From Lama guanicoe (lineage: Eukaryota): DNA of 64,000 bases. This document shows, one piece after another, positions 25,300 through 36,911 of this stretch; position 1 is the first letter of the stretch, and each line of letters opens with the position of its first letter. A program made the translations under genes and the position numbers. The stretch is taken from NCBI GenBank assembly GCA_013239625.1, contig MU053652.1, positions 5,509,902-5,573,901 on the forward strand, given 5' to 3'. Below the pieces are notes generated by a model. The model made no database searches, was not told the origin of the DNA, and worked only from the letters and a program-made list of their open reading frames with translations.

Positions 25300-25320
25300 C
25301 AACAACAACAACAACAACAA
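25300..25320. repeat. (CAA)7 microsatellite, ~90 bp upstream of the exon 2 acceptor
   Basis: Read directly. Confidence 0.9.
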
Positions 25321-25411
25321 AAGAGGTTGGTACAAACAGAGCTTAAAAATATGAAAAATGTAGACCCATCGAACTGAACCCTTTATGTTTTTCCTCCTCT
25401 TCCCTCCCCAG

Positions 25412-25721
25412 GAATAATTCTGCTACAGGGCTGACTTCAAGGACGTGAATTGGTGACCTCATCCCAACATCAGAACCTCAGCTGTTATTCTAATTTTTGC
25501 ACCATTCCTGGCAAGTTGACTTTATTTGGAAGTAAAATTGAACCTTGGGGTCTGATGGAAATTCACTGTGACATTGAAATCAAGAATACTTACTGAACCC
25601 CACAGAGCCTTTTCCACATGGGCCCTGATGGTAGCCTCCAGAAGGTGCAGCCTCAGGTGGTCCCCCTTCTGTGGCAAGAATAAAGTTTGGGTCTCAGATT
25701 GCAACACCACCTGTGGAGAAA
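25412..25721 (+). other. GRM8: 5'UTR part of GRM8 exon 2 (310 nt)
   Basis: Strong acceptor: polypyrimidine tract tttttcctcctcttccctcccc followed by AG at 25410-25411, then continuous to the ATG at 25722. Confidence 0.85.
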
Positions 25722-26231
25722 ATGGTATGTGAGGGAAAGCGATCAGCCTCTTGCCCTTGTTTCTTCCTCCTGACCGCCAAGTTCTACTGGATCCTCACGA
25801 TGATGCAAAGAACTCACAGCCAAGAGTACGCCCATTCCATACGAGTGGATGGGGACATCATTTTGGGGGGTCTCTTCCCTGTCCATGCCAAGGGCGAGAG
25901 AGGGGTGCCTTGTGGGGAGCTGAAGAAGGAAAAGGGGATCCACAGACTGGAGGCCATGCTTTATGCAATCGACCAGATTAATAAGGACCCTGATCTCCTC
26001 TCCAATATCACTCTGGGTGTCCGGATCCTCGACACATGCTCCAGGGACACCTACGCTTTGGAGCAGTCACTAACGTTCGTGCAGGCACTGATAGAGAAAG
26101 ACGCTTCCGACGTGAAGTGTGCTAATGGAGATCCACCCATTTTCACCAAGCCTGACAAGATTTCTGGCGTCATAGGTGCTGCCGCGAGCTCCGTGTCCAT
26201 CATGGTGGCTAACATTTTAAGACTTTTTAAG
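25722..26231 (+). CDS. GRM8: Metabotropic glutamate receptor 8, first coding exon (codons 1-170: signal peptide and N-terminal part of the Venus-flytrap domain); the gene continues beyond the window
   Basis: Translation [55 protein letters not shown]...[19 protein letters not shown] is recognisably mGluR8. It has class C GPCR motifs ([23 protein letters not shown]), group III ligand-contact residues K71/R75/S156 and C133. ATG is in a gaaaATGG context with in-frame stops upstream (TGA 25626, TAG 25632). It ends in phase 0 at the donor AAG|GTAGGT (26231/26232). Confidence 0.98.
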
Positions 26232-26745
26232 GTAGGTAAAGGCATTGTCTTTCTGACAATACATTGTTCTGACTCCAACTGCAGTTTAAGAAGAGAAAGC
26301 AGTGAAGATGCTCTTAGACCCTTTTAGGGTCACAGGTTCCTCGAAGAGAGGATTTTGTGTCTGGGTTTCTATATGTGTTGATTTAGTTCCATTTAAAAAA
26401 TAATTCATCAGATTCATTGTGACTTTTTTTTTATGGAACCAACAGGTGATCATTTTTGTACCATGTTGAGTCCTCAGCATCTTGGGATAATGCTCTTTAT
26501 TGAGGCATATTTTAAAACAAAGCAAGTGTTTTTAGAGAACTCTTAGCTCATTTATCATATCAAATATTCCAATGGTATTTGAGGTTTAAGATAATTTACT
26601 AGGTGAAACTTCTTTAACGTGGGACGCACTGTTATGACAAAAGTTCCTGTGTGAGAAATAGTATTTATTACTAATGTGTAGATGGGAGTGACACTCTAGG
26701 CTAGAAGATGGCCATACAATTGTCAGGTTTATTATAGGTACAATA

Positions 26746-27132
26746 GAGCAGAACCTCATTAATTCAGACTGCTCTGATGCAGACTTAGAATAATTATATG
26801 TAATTCTTACTGAGTTAAAAGTTCAAATTTAGCAGGATAATTTGAGACTTTTTGATTTAGCTTGGATGATCATTACCTATAAATTGCATTTGCATATTGA
26901 ATAGAATTGGCAAAATGAAATAACATATGGAACAATACTTTTAAAATATAAAGTTCCATAAAAATAAAATTATAAGGCATCTTTCATTAACTCTAATTTT
27001 ATTTATTACTATCCATTATGTGGTCTTTTGTAATAGACATAATTTTAAAAATTGAAAATACTTTTCACTCTGATTTTTCACTCAGTGGGACATGACTTTT
27101 CCAACTTATTCTGAATTAATGAGTCTTCGTTT
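26746..27132. mobile_element. TcMar-Tigger-like MITE
   Basis: 14-bp inverted repeat ctcattaattcaga (26755-68) / tctgaattaatgag (27110-23), symmetric flanking TA (26744-45, 27133-34) and an AT-rich interior. Confidence 0.6.
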
Positions 27133-30100
27133 TATATTGTGAGAAACTGTTTCTATGCATATTAGATTTAAAAAGATTGAAAGAATATGGAGAAGTTGGA
27201 CAGGTGACAGATATTGTGACAAAAATGAACAAAGTGATGGAAAACTTACTTCAAAAGGGAGATGAAAGTGTTCGGATCAAAGGCTTTCTGGTTTGGAAAG
27301 CTATCTTGGGGGGCCATCTAGTCTGGTTCATGCCTGTAGCATCCCCCAACTTCTGTACGAATTCCCTTAGTTTAGAGGAAAGAATGCTAAGAGGCAGCTC
27401 AAGGACCCTTTGCAGACTGGTGAAATTTTCTCAAATGAGGATGCTGCTGAGTAGAAGCTCTCTGTGTCTAAGGAGTACTGAAGAGGCACACGCAGGCGTT
27501 AAGCAATGCCAGAGATACGTGAGCCAGATGTTAGAAGGAGCCTCTTGGAAATGAGAGGGACACAAGAGTAAAAAGGCAGCCAAGGGTGCTCTAGTTCCCC
27601 ACCTCTGGAAACTTTCAAGGGAAGCTGGGAAGTTGTTAGTGATTTCTCTGGGGCTGACTGACCCCTTGCTTGGAGGCAAGATGCAGAACCAGAATCCTCC
27701 AGGTTCACCCCCGCATCCTGGGATCCAGGATTTCTCCCAGCAGTCCTGATGCTGAACCCCAGGGTATTTTTGTCTCCTGGGTGATGTCTAGTCCCGCCCG
27801 TTTCCCAATTCCCTTCTCCTCTCAGACTCGATCTCCCTCCTGCCCTGCTCCAAAGCATCTCTTTTCTGTTCTTAACACATCAACTATGGCTCAGCCATAC
27901 CCACTTTTAGAGAAGAGGAAAACTTCATGAGGCTCTTCTCCCTTTCTTCCATTACCCCTTGCCCCTTTTTTTCATTACCCTACCCTTTTACATGGATTCT
28001 GTTCCCATCAATCCCATTGTAATTCCTGTGAATTCCTATAATCTGGTGCCAAAAATAGGCAAGGATTTGAGGAGTGGGGTGGAGGTGATAATTGCTGAGT
28101 TGAGGTTTTCAAAGCTTCTTTACATTAATTTTGTACAGAATCAGCTTATCTGTAAAATGGGGATGTTGACATTGTGTTAGGTTGTTGGATGGGATTTAAC
28201 GGGAAAATGCAGTGAAGGATTCCACCAGGATGTAACTGTCCTTTGCCTCCTTGGGCTGCCAAAGGGAACCTCAGGCCACCTGAAGGGTGGGTTTTGTTTT
28301 GATGCAGTCTGGATCTGGCTTTTCTCTGCTCTGTTCTTCCCTTGCTGACTGGCCAATTCTCTCCTTACTCTCCTGGGTAACTTTGGAGGGACCTTATTTG
28401 ACCAGATCAGAGGATTACCAGTGACTCTTTGGGCAGAGTCTAATGCTTCAGGTCAGTTCTGTAGCCAGGAGGGGATGTTGGTTATGGTCGATGTCATAAC
28501 TAAGACTAATATGCTGGCCTGGAGTGAGCATTTAATATATAGGAGCAAATGTATTTATTAACTGAATAACTAGGGCTTGAAAGCTTGAAAAATTTGTCTT
28601 TTAAAAGTAAGTGAGAGAATATAGGGGATCAGCCCACCTTCCAGCTGAACCTGGAACCCCATGAATGTGAACTGATAATTACAACTTAATGGTGGTTGTG
28701 CTACTATCATTTACTTGATGATTTATATGAGACCTCCAACGAGCACTCCACGCTTACATTAATCATGACGGGCACTCATGGAATAGAAAACGTTTCACTT
28801 TATGTGTGAATATATTCTGTTTAAACACATATGTGAGAACACATGGAATATTTGAATAGTTATCAAAGGAATGATTGGCAAATTAATACGTTAGAGATTG
28901 GCTTACAGTTCCATTTTGGAATATAATAATTTGATTAAGCAAATGCTATGACTTGAGTAAAGTTAAATGTTTAGGACAGTTTTATGGAGCTTGGGCCCCT
29001 CCAGGACAGCGGATGACCCATAGAATCTAAAAAGATGCATGGATATCAACATATTGCTACTTATTCCTGGATTAATGGAGTTACAGAAGGCAGAGCATCT
29101 TGGTTTGAAAACACACAAACAATTAACCTTGACCGTAAGGGATGTAAACAAGGTCTTGATTAATGAATCAAGTTGGGAAGTTATTCAATGTCCTGCTCAA
29201 CAACAAACATTAGTTGGGATTTTAGAATGTAGCTGGGAACCTGCTTAAAATTGTATAGAAAATATTTGGGCTGAAATCAGAAGTAATCTCCAAATGTCTC
29301 AGTTCTCTTTTTTTGGATGATCCTGGTAAAGCCATGAAGCATCTGCCTGGGCCAAATTGTGAAGGAGACAAAGTCCTCCAACATCCCCGTCTTCCTCTCC
29401 TTCCGTCTTGCCTCCTGTGGCAGCCTCTTCTGTCCTCTTATCCCTCCGTGTTCTCCTAATGGAAGCCTGGCTTTAGGAAAGGAGCTGTTATGGACTACCG
29501 GTCATCTGCACATAGTGTGTCTGGGTTTACGTCAGAGGAGGATTTGCCTTTCCTCAGGATCACTAAGTGTGGTTTAATGAAATGACTGGTCTTTGTAAAG
29601 GGGATTCAGGCATCAGGGGAGGTTCATTCAGCCTCCCAGAGGCTGCATTGTTGGGGCCCACCTCCTCTGCTCTGGGGTACACCTGGTCCTGCTCATCTCT
29701 AGAGGGAAGGAGGAGTGTTGCCCTATCTTTGTTTATCTTCCTATTGAAGCTCAGAGGCAAATGAAAAAATCAGAGGAGAACTGGACAGGGAGTGGCGCCA
29801 GGCCCCACCTGGGGCAGAAGCTGTCCTGTGGCTTGAGGGACACTCAAATCTCTGCTAAACCAGTGGTTGTCAACCCTGAGTGTCAACCTCTGTCCTCATG
29901 CCCTGGGGGTGTGTGTAGGCTCTCAAAACTACCTCAGAGGCTTTTCACAGGACAGGACCCAGTGAGTGTGTGTCTCCCAGCTCCCTCCTGAGAACCATTT
30001 ATACTGATTGAAGTGTCTCATGTTTCTTAGGTGTGTTGGGAGTGGAAACAAGTCTGAGAGTCACAGGACAAGACTTTAATGATCTGAAATTTTTAGAAGC

Positions 30101-31424
30101 ACTGCTGTGCTTAAAGCACACGCACATATGCACACCTGTGTCATATATGGGTTAACGTGGGGCAGAGTGGTCAGCGAAGTGATTGTTTAATTCCTATAGC
30201 ACGTTAATGGTTTAGGTAATAGTAGGATCAATTGGGATAACGTGACACGTAACTGCAGAGCAGCAAACCCAGAAAGCCCAGAACTGCTCCATCCTTCATA
30301 TATTCACGAAGGGGAATGTACCATTTCAGGGGCTCCTGTGTTGCAGAGAGACCAAAGAAAAGACGGATCCGGCTCTCAGACAGAGATTGTGTAGTTTGAG
30401 AAGAATTAAAAAAGGATGAGAGGGCCTTTTGGAAATGTTGACTGGGAAGCCCATAATTTAAATTTGTTTTATAAAGCAGTTTCAAGGAATTTGCATATGT
30501 TTTATAAAGAGCTGGGATCTTTTCCCTTTTCTAGAACATTTCCACCCTTCTCCTTTAAATTAGAGCAAATCTGTTCCTCAAAGCACTAATCATATGTCTT
30601 ACTTTGAGCAAAGATTGAACATTCTAAGTTAAAAATAGCACATCAATGCTTGGAGGTAACGCATATTAATGTCCACATAGATGCATCGGGGTTATTAAAG
30701 GACAGGGTCACATATAACTTTTCTCTCTTATGTTTTTCTGGTTAACTTTCCCTAGAGAGTAAATTTTCAACTCTGGAAGGATGGGGGTCAGTCTGCAGTG
30801 TATACTTCCCAAAGCAATCAAATGGGACTTTTAAATAGAAATCCACTTGTAGGTGGGCTAGATAATTTCTCCCCGTGTGGAAGTGTCCTGGATCCAAATG
30901 GCTAAAATTGACTTTCATGTTAAGTAAGTGAAGTACAGTGAAGCATCCCATTACCCTGGATGTGATTGCCTACCCTACCGTGTTTTCAAAGATCTATGTT
31001 CTTCCAAGACACTCTGCTAATTGCAGCAACCACTTCCATAAAGCCAAGGGTTTTGTGAGTTATTTATCGCAGATGATGGGGCTTTGTTAACCGTCAGGTC
31101 TGAGCAGGTAAATCTGCCATATCGAGGCTCGTCTCGTTAGATGGACAGACAAATGAGCCCAATCGATAACCTCAACAGGAGGTAATGTTTCATGTTAAAT
31201 CTTACTTGATAGCAAATAGATAATGGAAAATTGGAAGATAGACCCCTTCAGTCAATCCTTGGCTCCGGTAGCAAGCTCTAATTTGATTTTGTAAAAAGCC
31301 CATTCACCTCAGATGAGAGGTGGTGGGTGTTCTCTTTGTGTGACCCCAAGTTGGGGTGCAGGGAGAAATGGGCACTGCTCATGGTCACCGCACAACGCAC
31401 AGCCATAGAGATATATAAATAGGC

Positions 31425-31702
31425 AGACTTGGTAATGCCACTCCTCTTCTTAAAGCCCTAATGGCTGCCATTGCTCCCAGGGTGAAGGTCCACCTCTACT
31501 TCCAGAAGTCTTTTCTCACTTCTCTTGACCACATGCAGTTTCTTTGTTCCATGAAACAAAGCTCCAGGAGGGCAGGATGATATCCGTGTTATCCATGAGG
31601 GCGTGTGTGTCTTGTTTGCTGCTGTTATTTCCAGCACCTAGAATAGATCTATCTTGAAACCCAGCCAATATTTGCGGAATGAATGAATGAATGCATGCAT
31701 GA
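31425..31702 (+). mobile_element. LINE-2 3' fragment
   Basis: aagctccaggagggcagg...tccagcacctagaatag...aatatttgcggaatgaatgaatgaatg. Confidence 0.75.
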
Positions 31703-31949
31703 ACCATTCCTCTCTACCCGCTCCATCTCCTCCCATTCCCTGCCCCCAGTCCCAGGTGTGGGAAATAATAGGTATTGGGTAGATAGAACAGAAATGGGAT
31801 TTTGTGTATTTACTTTTGTTCTCTTTGAGAAAAAGGAACAGAAGGAGAGAGAAGGGGAGAAAGAAGGAGAGATGGTGTATTTTCGGAGTTCCTATTTTCA
31901 TGTGCTGCCTCATTTTCCTACCAATTCACATTTTCTCTAAACAGATTTT

Positions 31950-32071
31950 TTTCTTTTAAAGAGAAATGTACTCTTAAAAAATATTTTTTTCTGAATGGAG
32001 GTACTGGTGTTTGAACCCAGGACCTTATGTATGCTAAGCACGTGCTCTACCACTGAGCTATTCCCACCCCC
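31950..32071 (-). mobile_element. tRNA-derived SINE, camelid Vic-1-like
   Basis: Reverse strand reads gggggtgggaatagctcagtggtagagcacgtgcttagcatacataaggtcctgggttcaaacaccagtacctccatt plus an A-rich tail; Pol III A and B boxes are present. Confidence 0.85.
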
Positions 32072-32310
32072 AGACTTTTTAAAATTAAAAATTAAATAAG
32101 TAAAAGACATAAGCACATTCTCATTTCGAAAGGTTTAGCAATGAATAAGTAGATAGTGTAAAATGGAAAGAGACCACATCCAAACACACATATCTATTAA
32201 TAAAGTTATACACACGGAGGATTTTATTAATAGTTATGTTTTAGAACGTTCCTTTTCACGTAACAATGTGCCTGGGAGAGGTTTCCATGTTGGTTAAGAT
32301 AGATTCACCT

Positions 32311-32460
32311 CAGTACTTCTCAGCCCTGGCTGCACGTTACCATCGCCTGGATGGCTTTTAAAAAAGCCCAGGCCCTACCCTAGATCAATGAAACTGGGGT
32401 GGAGCCCTGGCATTGGTATATTTTAAGTAACCACCAGGTGACTCCAGGAACTGAGAATAT
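32311..32460. mobile_element. MER5A-like hAT-Charlie MITE
   Basis: cagtacttctcagccctggctgcacgttaccatcgcctgga...ccaggtgactcc...tgagaa. Confidence 0.65.
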
Positions 32461-32544
32461 AAAACTTTGACTGCTTGGTTTTTAATTTTATAAATAGAGC
32501 ATCATTTGTTTAATAAATCCTTTACTGATAGGTTACTTGACTTT

Positions 32545-32640
32545 GATTTCTTTCTTTCTTTTAAGTTGAAGTATAGTTGATTTGTAGTGTTGTGATAATT
32601 TCTGGTGTACAGCATAGTGATTCAGTTATATATATTTAAA
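32545..32640 (-). mobile_element. L1 3'-end fragment
   Basis: T-tract plus ttgaagtatagttgatttgtagtgttgtgataatttctggtgtacagcatagtgattcagttata. Confidence 0.75.
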
Positions 32641-32867
32641 TCTGCATAAGGAGTATCCTGTGCTTTTCTTTCTACTCATTTACCTTAAAGATTGCAGTGG
32701 TTAGTTTTTAAAAAAAGATTTACAGACTCGATTTTTTAGAGAAGTTTTAGTTTACAGCAAAATTGAAGATGGCGGTGGTTTTATCTGGTTTCAAGACTCT
32801 ACCGAAGATGGCTTTTTACAACCAGATGTTGCACCTTCCGGGGAAGACTTAGCACCTGAGGGCTGTT

Positions 32868-33050
32868 TCCTGACTCTCCAACTTGAGCTCGCATCCAAAT
32901 CACCCAGAGGGTTTGTTAAAGCGCAGATCGCTGAGCCTCCAGAGCTTCTGAGTCAGTAGGTTTGGGTTTGGGTCTGAGACTTGACATTTCTCACGGTTCC
33001 CAGGTGACGCTGCTTGCTGTTTCACAGACGGCACTTTGAGAACCTCTGCT
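32868..33050. mobile_element. MER5A-like hAT-Charlie MITE
   Basis: ctccaaacttgagctcgcatccaaatcacccagagggtttgttaaagcgcagatcgctg...cccaggtgacgctgc...cactttgagaacctctg. Confidence 0.8.
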
Positions 33051-34439
33051 TCATGCAAATCACTGGCTGGCTGACTTAGCAAGTCCAAGTACACAAGAGA
33101 AAAATGAGGTTGAACCATGTTCTGTCTGGCAGCAGCCTTTTTCCTTTTGACTCATGCCTGGTTGAGTTTCTGTTCATATTGGTCATAATCACAGCAGCTG
33201 CTGTATGGATCTATTTTTAATTGTGTGCCCTTTTGGAAGTTGTGTTCCGTGTTAAATCATGCATGGCTCAGGAGTAACGATCAATGGATGGTCACTTGAA
33301 CACGTTTCCTAAGGCAGGGTCACTCAGATGACCACTTGGACTCATATTTTTTTTTTTTTTACTACCTGTGACAGTGGAGCAGACTGATGTAAGAAACGTA
33401 GACTGTAAGCTACACATTAACAGGGAATTGAGAACAGAAAGAGACGAAAGAGGCTACAATTTGTCTCAGCTCCCAGCAATTTGTCTTCAGAAACCATGAC
33501 AGCTACCTCCTGATTTCCATTATGCAATGAGATTGCAAATAACACTGCCCAGCAGTCTTAATCAACAGAGGGTCACAAGAGGCTCTTCTTTCCCCACAGT
33601 GGGGAAAAAGGGCCTATTTACCCATTTAATTGATACAATACATTCTCTGGCAAAAGACAGAGACATCTCTTTTTAACTGTAATCTGGGACTCTTCCCATG
33701 TCTAAGCACACTTAATAGTATAGAAATATACGTGTTCTCTTTATGTACTTTAAATACATTATATGAGCACCAGGCTGATGGGGTGGGAAGGAGGCCAGGT
33801 ATAGTACTGTCCAAAGTCACCTTTACCTGTTTCCAGAACGAGGCCAGTCCCCGCTGATTTACTCTGTTTGGCCCAGCCGGTTGATCATGTGTTTTCAGTG
33901 TTGGCCATTTGTCTCCTTTCAAGGCTCTCCCAGGCTCCCTCTGTGCTTGGGGAGGCCGCGTTCCTTACTATGATATAACCCAGGATCTATGGGTTAGGCC
34001 CAGCGTCGGAGAAGTCATGGGTCTGTCTCTGTGTCCCTCACAGTGTCACCCTGGGCTCTCTTGGTGCTGTGAGGATAGTGATATATTCTTGCTCCCACTC
34101 ACCCTTGCTTCCTTTTATACGGATTGAGAGTGAATTCCAGCTTTGATTAGTGTTTGTCTTATTTCTTACACTCTGCCTCTGAGTATTTAACATTGTCACA
34201 ATTCTAAGTATTAGAGTTCTCAAAGTGATTTATCATCTCGGCTCTGAGAATGTTTGCGTTCATATTCATTTATAGAAAAAATGACTTATCAATCTTATGC
34301 AAATTTGTTGTGGAGATATTTTGTCCTGTAGATATTTATCATCAGGAGCTGTCTATTCAAATTATAGATAATTGTAATGTACTTATCAAGTAGTGTTTGC
34401 TACTCTTTTGAGTAAAACAGAATAATGTGAATTATATGA

Positions 34440-34680
34440 AATAGGTCAGGCTTTGTAGACTTTCTGAGTTCAAATTCTGATGTAACGCTTATTAGCTGTG
34501 TTGCCTTAAGCACGCTAGTTAATCTCACAAAATCTTAGCTTTCTTGTATCTAAAAAGTAAATACTAATAGTACCTCCTTCATAAGGTTTTAAATGAAGGT
34601 AAATAAGATAAAGTGCATAGAGTCCTAAGCAAGATCCCTCATGCCTAGTTAGGACCATAAATGTCTGCTATGATGATGAA
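34440..34680 (+). mobile_element. MIR SINE
   Basis: ctgagttcaaattctgat...tagctgtgttgccttaagcacgctagttaatctc...taatagtacctccttcataagg. Confidence 0.7.
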
Positions 34681-36880
34681 AATGAGGAGGAAGATACTGA
34701 TGTCTGCTGTTAGTGGGATATTCATTTTGAGTTCTACCTCTCCTCCAATACTCAGCCATGCACTGGCTTGCTCTGCTTTGAACAATGGCAAGTTAGCATT
34801 AAAGATGTCATCACTGACCAAGAAACAATGCAATCCATCGGTCCAAATAGGCTCTGGCATGGAGCAGGGCTGTCTCATTTGCCTAAAGGCCAAACGTGGG
34901 ACTGGGCCCTCAGCAACCCCGTGTTCCAGCCAGCTGAGCAGAGAAAGTAGTGGACTGCTGGTCTTTGCAAATCCCATGACTCAGGCGGTAAGAATCAGTT
35001 TTATTTAATGAACACAAAGCCAAGGGAAAGATTGGATGACCCGGAGACAAGCTGTGCTAAATTTTAAGGTTATACCAGCACCCAAACAAAAGTGCCATTA
35101 GGATTCAGTTTTGGAAAAAAACAAAACAAAACAAATCCTGGCTCCTTTGGGCCCTTTCCAAGAATCTCGGTTTGATGGTATAAGAGGTGGAGTTGTGGTT
35201 GAGGATAAGCAGCTGACTAACTCCAAGGCTGGATGGCAGCCTTTAAGTTTGTCTTTGGGGTTGGAATTCCCTTTTCTTTGCCATGTTTGGTGCAATGATC
35301 CAGCACAGACAGAAACACAGGCCCATTCTGGACAAAGAACACTATCCTTCTATGGACACTGAACACTTATACCTATTGCCTTTGGCTACAAATGTCAGAA
35401 ACAGAAGCACTAAAAAGATTCATGGGTACTATCTCTGAAAGTCACATTCATTTTTGGACAATCAGAAAAATAGTGGAACTGAATATGTGAAACTTTGACT
35501 CACACGATGACCTATCTTGCTCCACCTGCTTAAAGTGGGACTAATTTAGTCAAGCACATATCAATTATGCCTTGGTAAGTTCTCATTTTACTCAAACATG
35601 GGTAATTTACTCAGCTGTGAAAAGACTTCACAGGGAAAGTGCAGTGGTATTTTTGCAATGCAGAATTCTGCCGTCTTTGCAGGAATCCTATCAGTGTTAC
35701 GAGATAATGCTGAATAGTTCTTAGTATTGTTCTTTAAATGCAGTAAGTGTGAAAGCTCTTTTTTTTTTTTGCCACCAAGAGAAGCTGAATCGGGTGAAGA
35801 AATGCCAGCATATTACCCACTTACTCTCATTCTTTAACAGGTGGAACAGGTAATAGCCAGTCCATGCCCGAGCAGGTGTTTATTCAGCATCCTGGAGGTA
35901 TATGCGTTGTGTCTGACACGCTAGGGGATAACTAGGAAAGAAGTAGAAGATTCTAAGCTTTCACATTGCTCAGAATCGAGTTGGGGAGAAATCACTAACA
36001 CACATGAAATAATGACGAATAGTATAAAATGATGTAATGAGGCTATAATGTGGTATCAGCGTTTAGAAGAGAGGCTGACTTCACCTGAGGCTGCTGCAGC
36101 TATCAGTCAGGCTGCGTGTGGTAATGTGGGATTGGCCTGGGCCCAGAGGGGTGGGTAGGAGTATAAACCCAGAGGCCGGGAGAGGAGGCGGGCTCTTCCA
36201 GGCGTGGGGAATCCCATGAACCTTTGACCCGATGCCCAGTCCTGTTCAGCTATGTAAAGATGGAAGTAAGTGGAAACCTCATTTCTTCTGCTTAGCGTCT
36301 CTCTGCTCTGACACAACTTCAAAAGACCACTTTAAGAGTCTCCTGGGAGGACTGAAAATGAAGAGGGTTGGAGGGCCACGCCCCTAGCTCCCACTGAACA
36401 CAAAAGTGGGGGCCTCAGTTAAAATCCAAGCAAGTGGGTACTGAGCATGCTGAGGGCAGAATTCTAAGCCCTCTCAATCAGGGGTAGGGATAAATAAAGT
36501 AAAGGAGGGGAATTGCTATGCGGTGCAAGCAAGGAGCTAGTGGACCCTGGAGAAGCCCTCCCCCTCCCCTCCCCCCATTTTTGCATTTTGGAAATCCATG
36601 TAGCCTAAGATCAAAAAAATTTTTTTCATTTGCCACGTGTAAATCTTGACTGTGTATATACTGTTCTCATTAAGCACCGATACACAATTAATTGCTGAGA
36701 GAGAAATTAAATGCATTATCAGCAAATTGATTTTATTTGCCTCATTCCAGTAAGGAAAGCCACAGTCCTTGATAGGGTCCTAGCATCTCCTTCCTGTCTC
36801 CTTGGCCCTCGAAGAAACTGGGAGAAACCATATCTGCACTTTCTCTGTTTCACAAAGTGGTCACAGATCTCAGTAAGGTA

Positions 36881-36910
<30 letters not shown>
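36881..36910. repeat. (AAAT)7 microsatellite
   Basis: Read directly. Confidence 0.9.

Positions 36911-36911
<1 letters not shown>

Noticed and set aside
25671..25721. 17-codon N-terminal extension in the ORF track (MARIKFGSQ...)
   Set aside because: It starts at GTG in weak context. The recognised mGluR8 N-terminus begins at ATG 25722.
26232..26327. ORF tail VGKGIVFLT... as part of GRM8
   Set aside because: It lies past a strong donor and has no mGluR similarity, so it is intronic.
32000..32071. tRNA-like sequence (also ~39965-40037)
   Set aside because: A-rich tails and TSD-like flanks show these are SINE heads, not tRNA genes.
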